IMG/VR virus record: IMGVR_UViG_3300043408_000051
Location: 1-53,948 of that record
From: a virus
Lineage: Duplodnaviria; Caudoviricetes
Length of the DNA stretch: 53,948 nucleotides
Reading direction: 5' to 3' (one strand)
Made by a program: the position numbers and the translations under genes. The notes below the pieces were generated by a model that was given only the letters and a program-made list of their open reading frames with translations, made no database searches and had not been told where the DNA came from. This document shows, in pieces, positions 53,388-53,948 of the stretch. How positions within the stretch are numbered: position 1 is the first letter of the stretch; each line of letters opens with the position of its first letter.

Positions 53388-53389
53388 AA

Positions 53390-53947
53390 TTATGCTGCTA
53401 TGTAAGTTCCATTAACGTAAATCTTACTTGCTGTAGTTAAGGTAACTGGGGTGCCTTGAGCAAATAGAGATTCAACAACAGCAGAGTTTGGACCTGCTGC
53501 TTTTATGTAATGCAAATCAAGTGTCGTGCTTCCAGCCAAATGGTCTGCATTGAGTATGGAATGTCCCCCGTTATCAGGGGCAACCGCAGGGTCTACATGT
53601 ACCCAACCATTAAAGTGGTTCATCATATTTGCTGCTGGAGCAACTGGAAGTTGGAGTTTATATTGCCCAGTTCCAAAAGAAGTAACAGTTGATAGATTTA
53701 CGATAATGTAAAAAGTTACCAACTTACCTGCTTGAACATAATAACTTTCATAGGTTGGATAAGTTGCGTTTGTTCCAGTAAATGTTAACCCTGTTGCAGA
53801 AAAAACAGGAGACCATCTCACTGGTTGAGGATTTAATGCAGGACCAGTAGGACCTGTTGCTCCTGCTGCACCAGTTGCTCCAGTTGCTCCAACAGGACCT
53901 GTTGCTCCTGCTGCACCAGTTGCTCCAGTTGCTCCAACAGGACCTGT
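53390..53947 (-). CDS. collagen-like fibre protein, 5'-truncated by window edge
   Basis: Frame stays open upstream of 53821 and reads GPVGATGATGAAGAT repeats, then a beta-rich knob. Confidence 0.8.
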   Translation of the reverse strand, partial: TGPVGATGATGAAGATGPVGATGATGAAGATGPTGPALNPQPVRWSPVFSATGLTFTGTNATYPTYESYYVQAGKLVTFYIIVNLSTVTSFGTGQYKLQLPVAPAANMMNHFNGWVHVDPAVAPDNGGHSILNADHLAGSTTLDLHYIKAAGPNSAVVESLFAQGTPVTLTTASKIYVNGTYIAA

Positions 53948-53948
53948 T
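53849..53948. repeat. 45-bp tandem repeat (2.2 copies) encoding Gly-X-Y
   Basis: AGGACCTGTTGCTCCTGCTGCACCAGTTGCTCCAGTTGCTCCAAC at 53849 and 53894, partial copy at 53939. Confidence 0.9.

Noticed and set aside
6696-53711. Many antisense or nested ORFs in the track (e.g. 7595+, 18378+, 26835+, 29347+, 43868+, 46513+)
   Set aside because: They shadow well-supported genes and have no RBS or motifs
1-53948. tRNA/tmRNA genes, introns, inteins or recoded stop codons
   Set aside because: No cloverleaf-sized gaps with T/D-loop motifs seen; Pol, RecA, DnaB and RNR are uninterrupted and of normal length under the standard code

Overview
This window is about 54 kb of a large, AT-rich (roughly 40% GC by eye) tailed dsDNA phage with a contractile tail. 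A WhiB gene, an FmdB-type Zn ribbon and apparently leaderless genes point to an actinobacterial host, and the low GC suggests freshwater Actinobacteria (inference). 1-6.4 kb (+ strand): small accessory genes, an AlpA/Xis-like HTH, a tyrosine integrase with an inserted Zn-finger motif and a membrane-anchored lytic transglycosylase. 6.4-54 kb (almost all - strand), in window order: class II (B12) ribonucleotide reductase; a nucleotidyltransferase / degenerate HAD / degenerate TGT-DpdA-like cassette; a block of small basic proteins including a glycosylase-like protein, a metallophosphoesterase and SpoVS; a replication-recombination module (RuvC, Cas4-like nuclease, WhiB, Hjc-like nuclease, RecA, PolA, SSB, SNF2 helicase, primase, DnaB, DnaC, initiator with internal ori-like repeats); then fibre, baseplate, tape measure, tube, sheath and neck genes. 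No capsid, recognisable terminase, tRNA, rRNA or CRISPR array was seen. The best leads are a mirror-symmetric 26-Cys hairpin insert in a tail protein, the NTase plus two pseudoenzyme cassette carrying palindromic DNA sites, a fixed-spacing promoter motif, a +1 frameshift site in the tail chaperone and the Zn-finger integrase. All family calls come from recognising motifs by eye; no database was searched.
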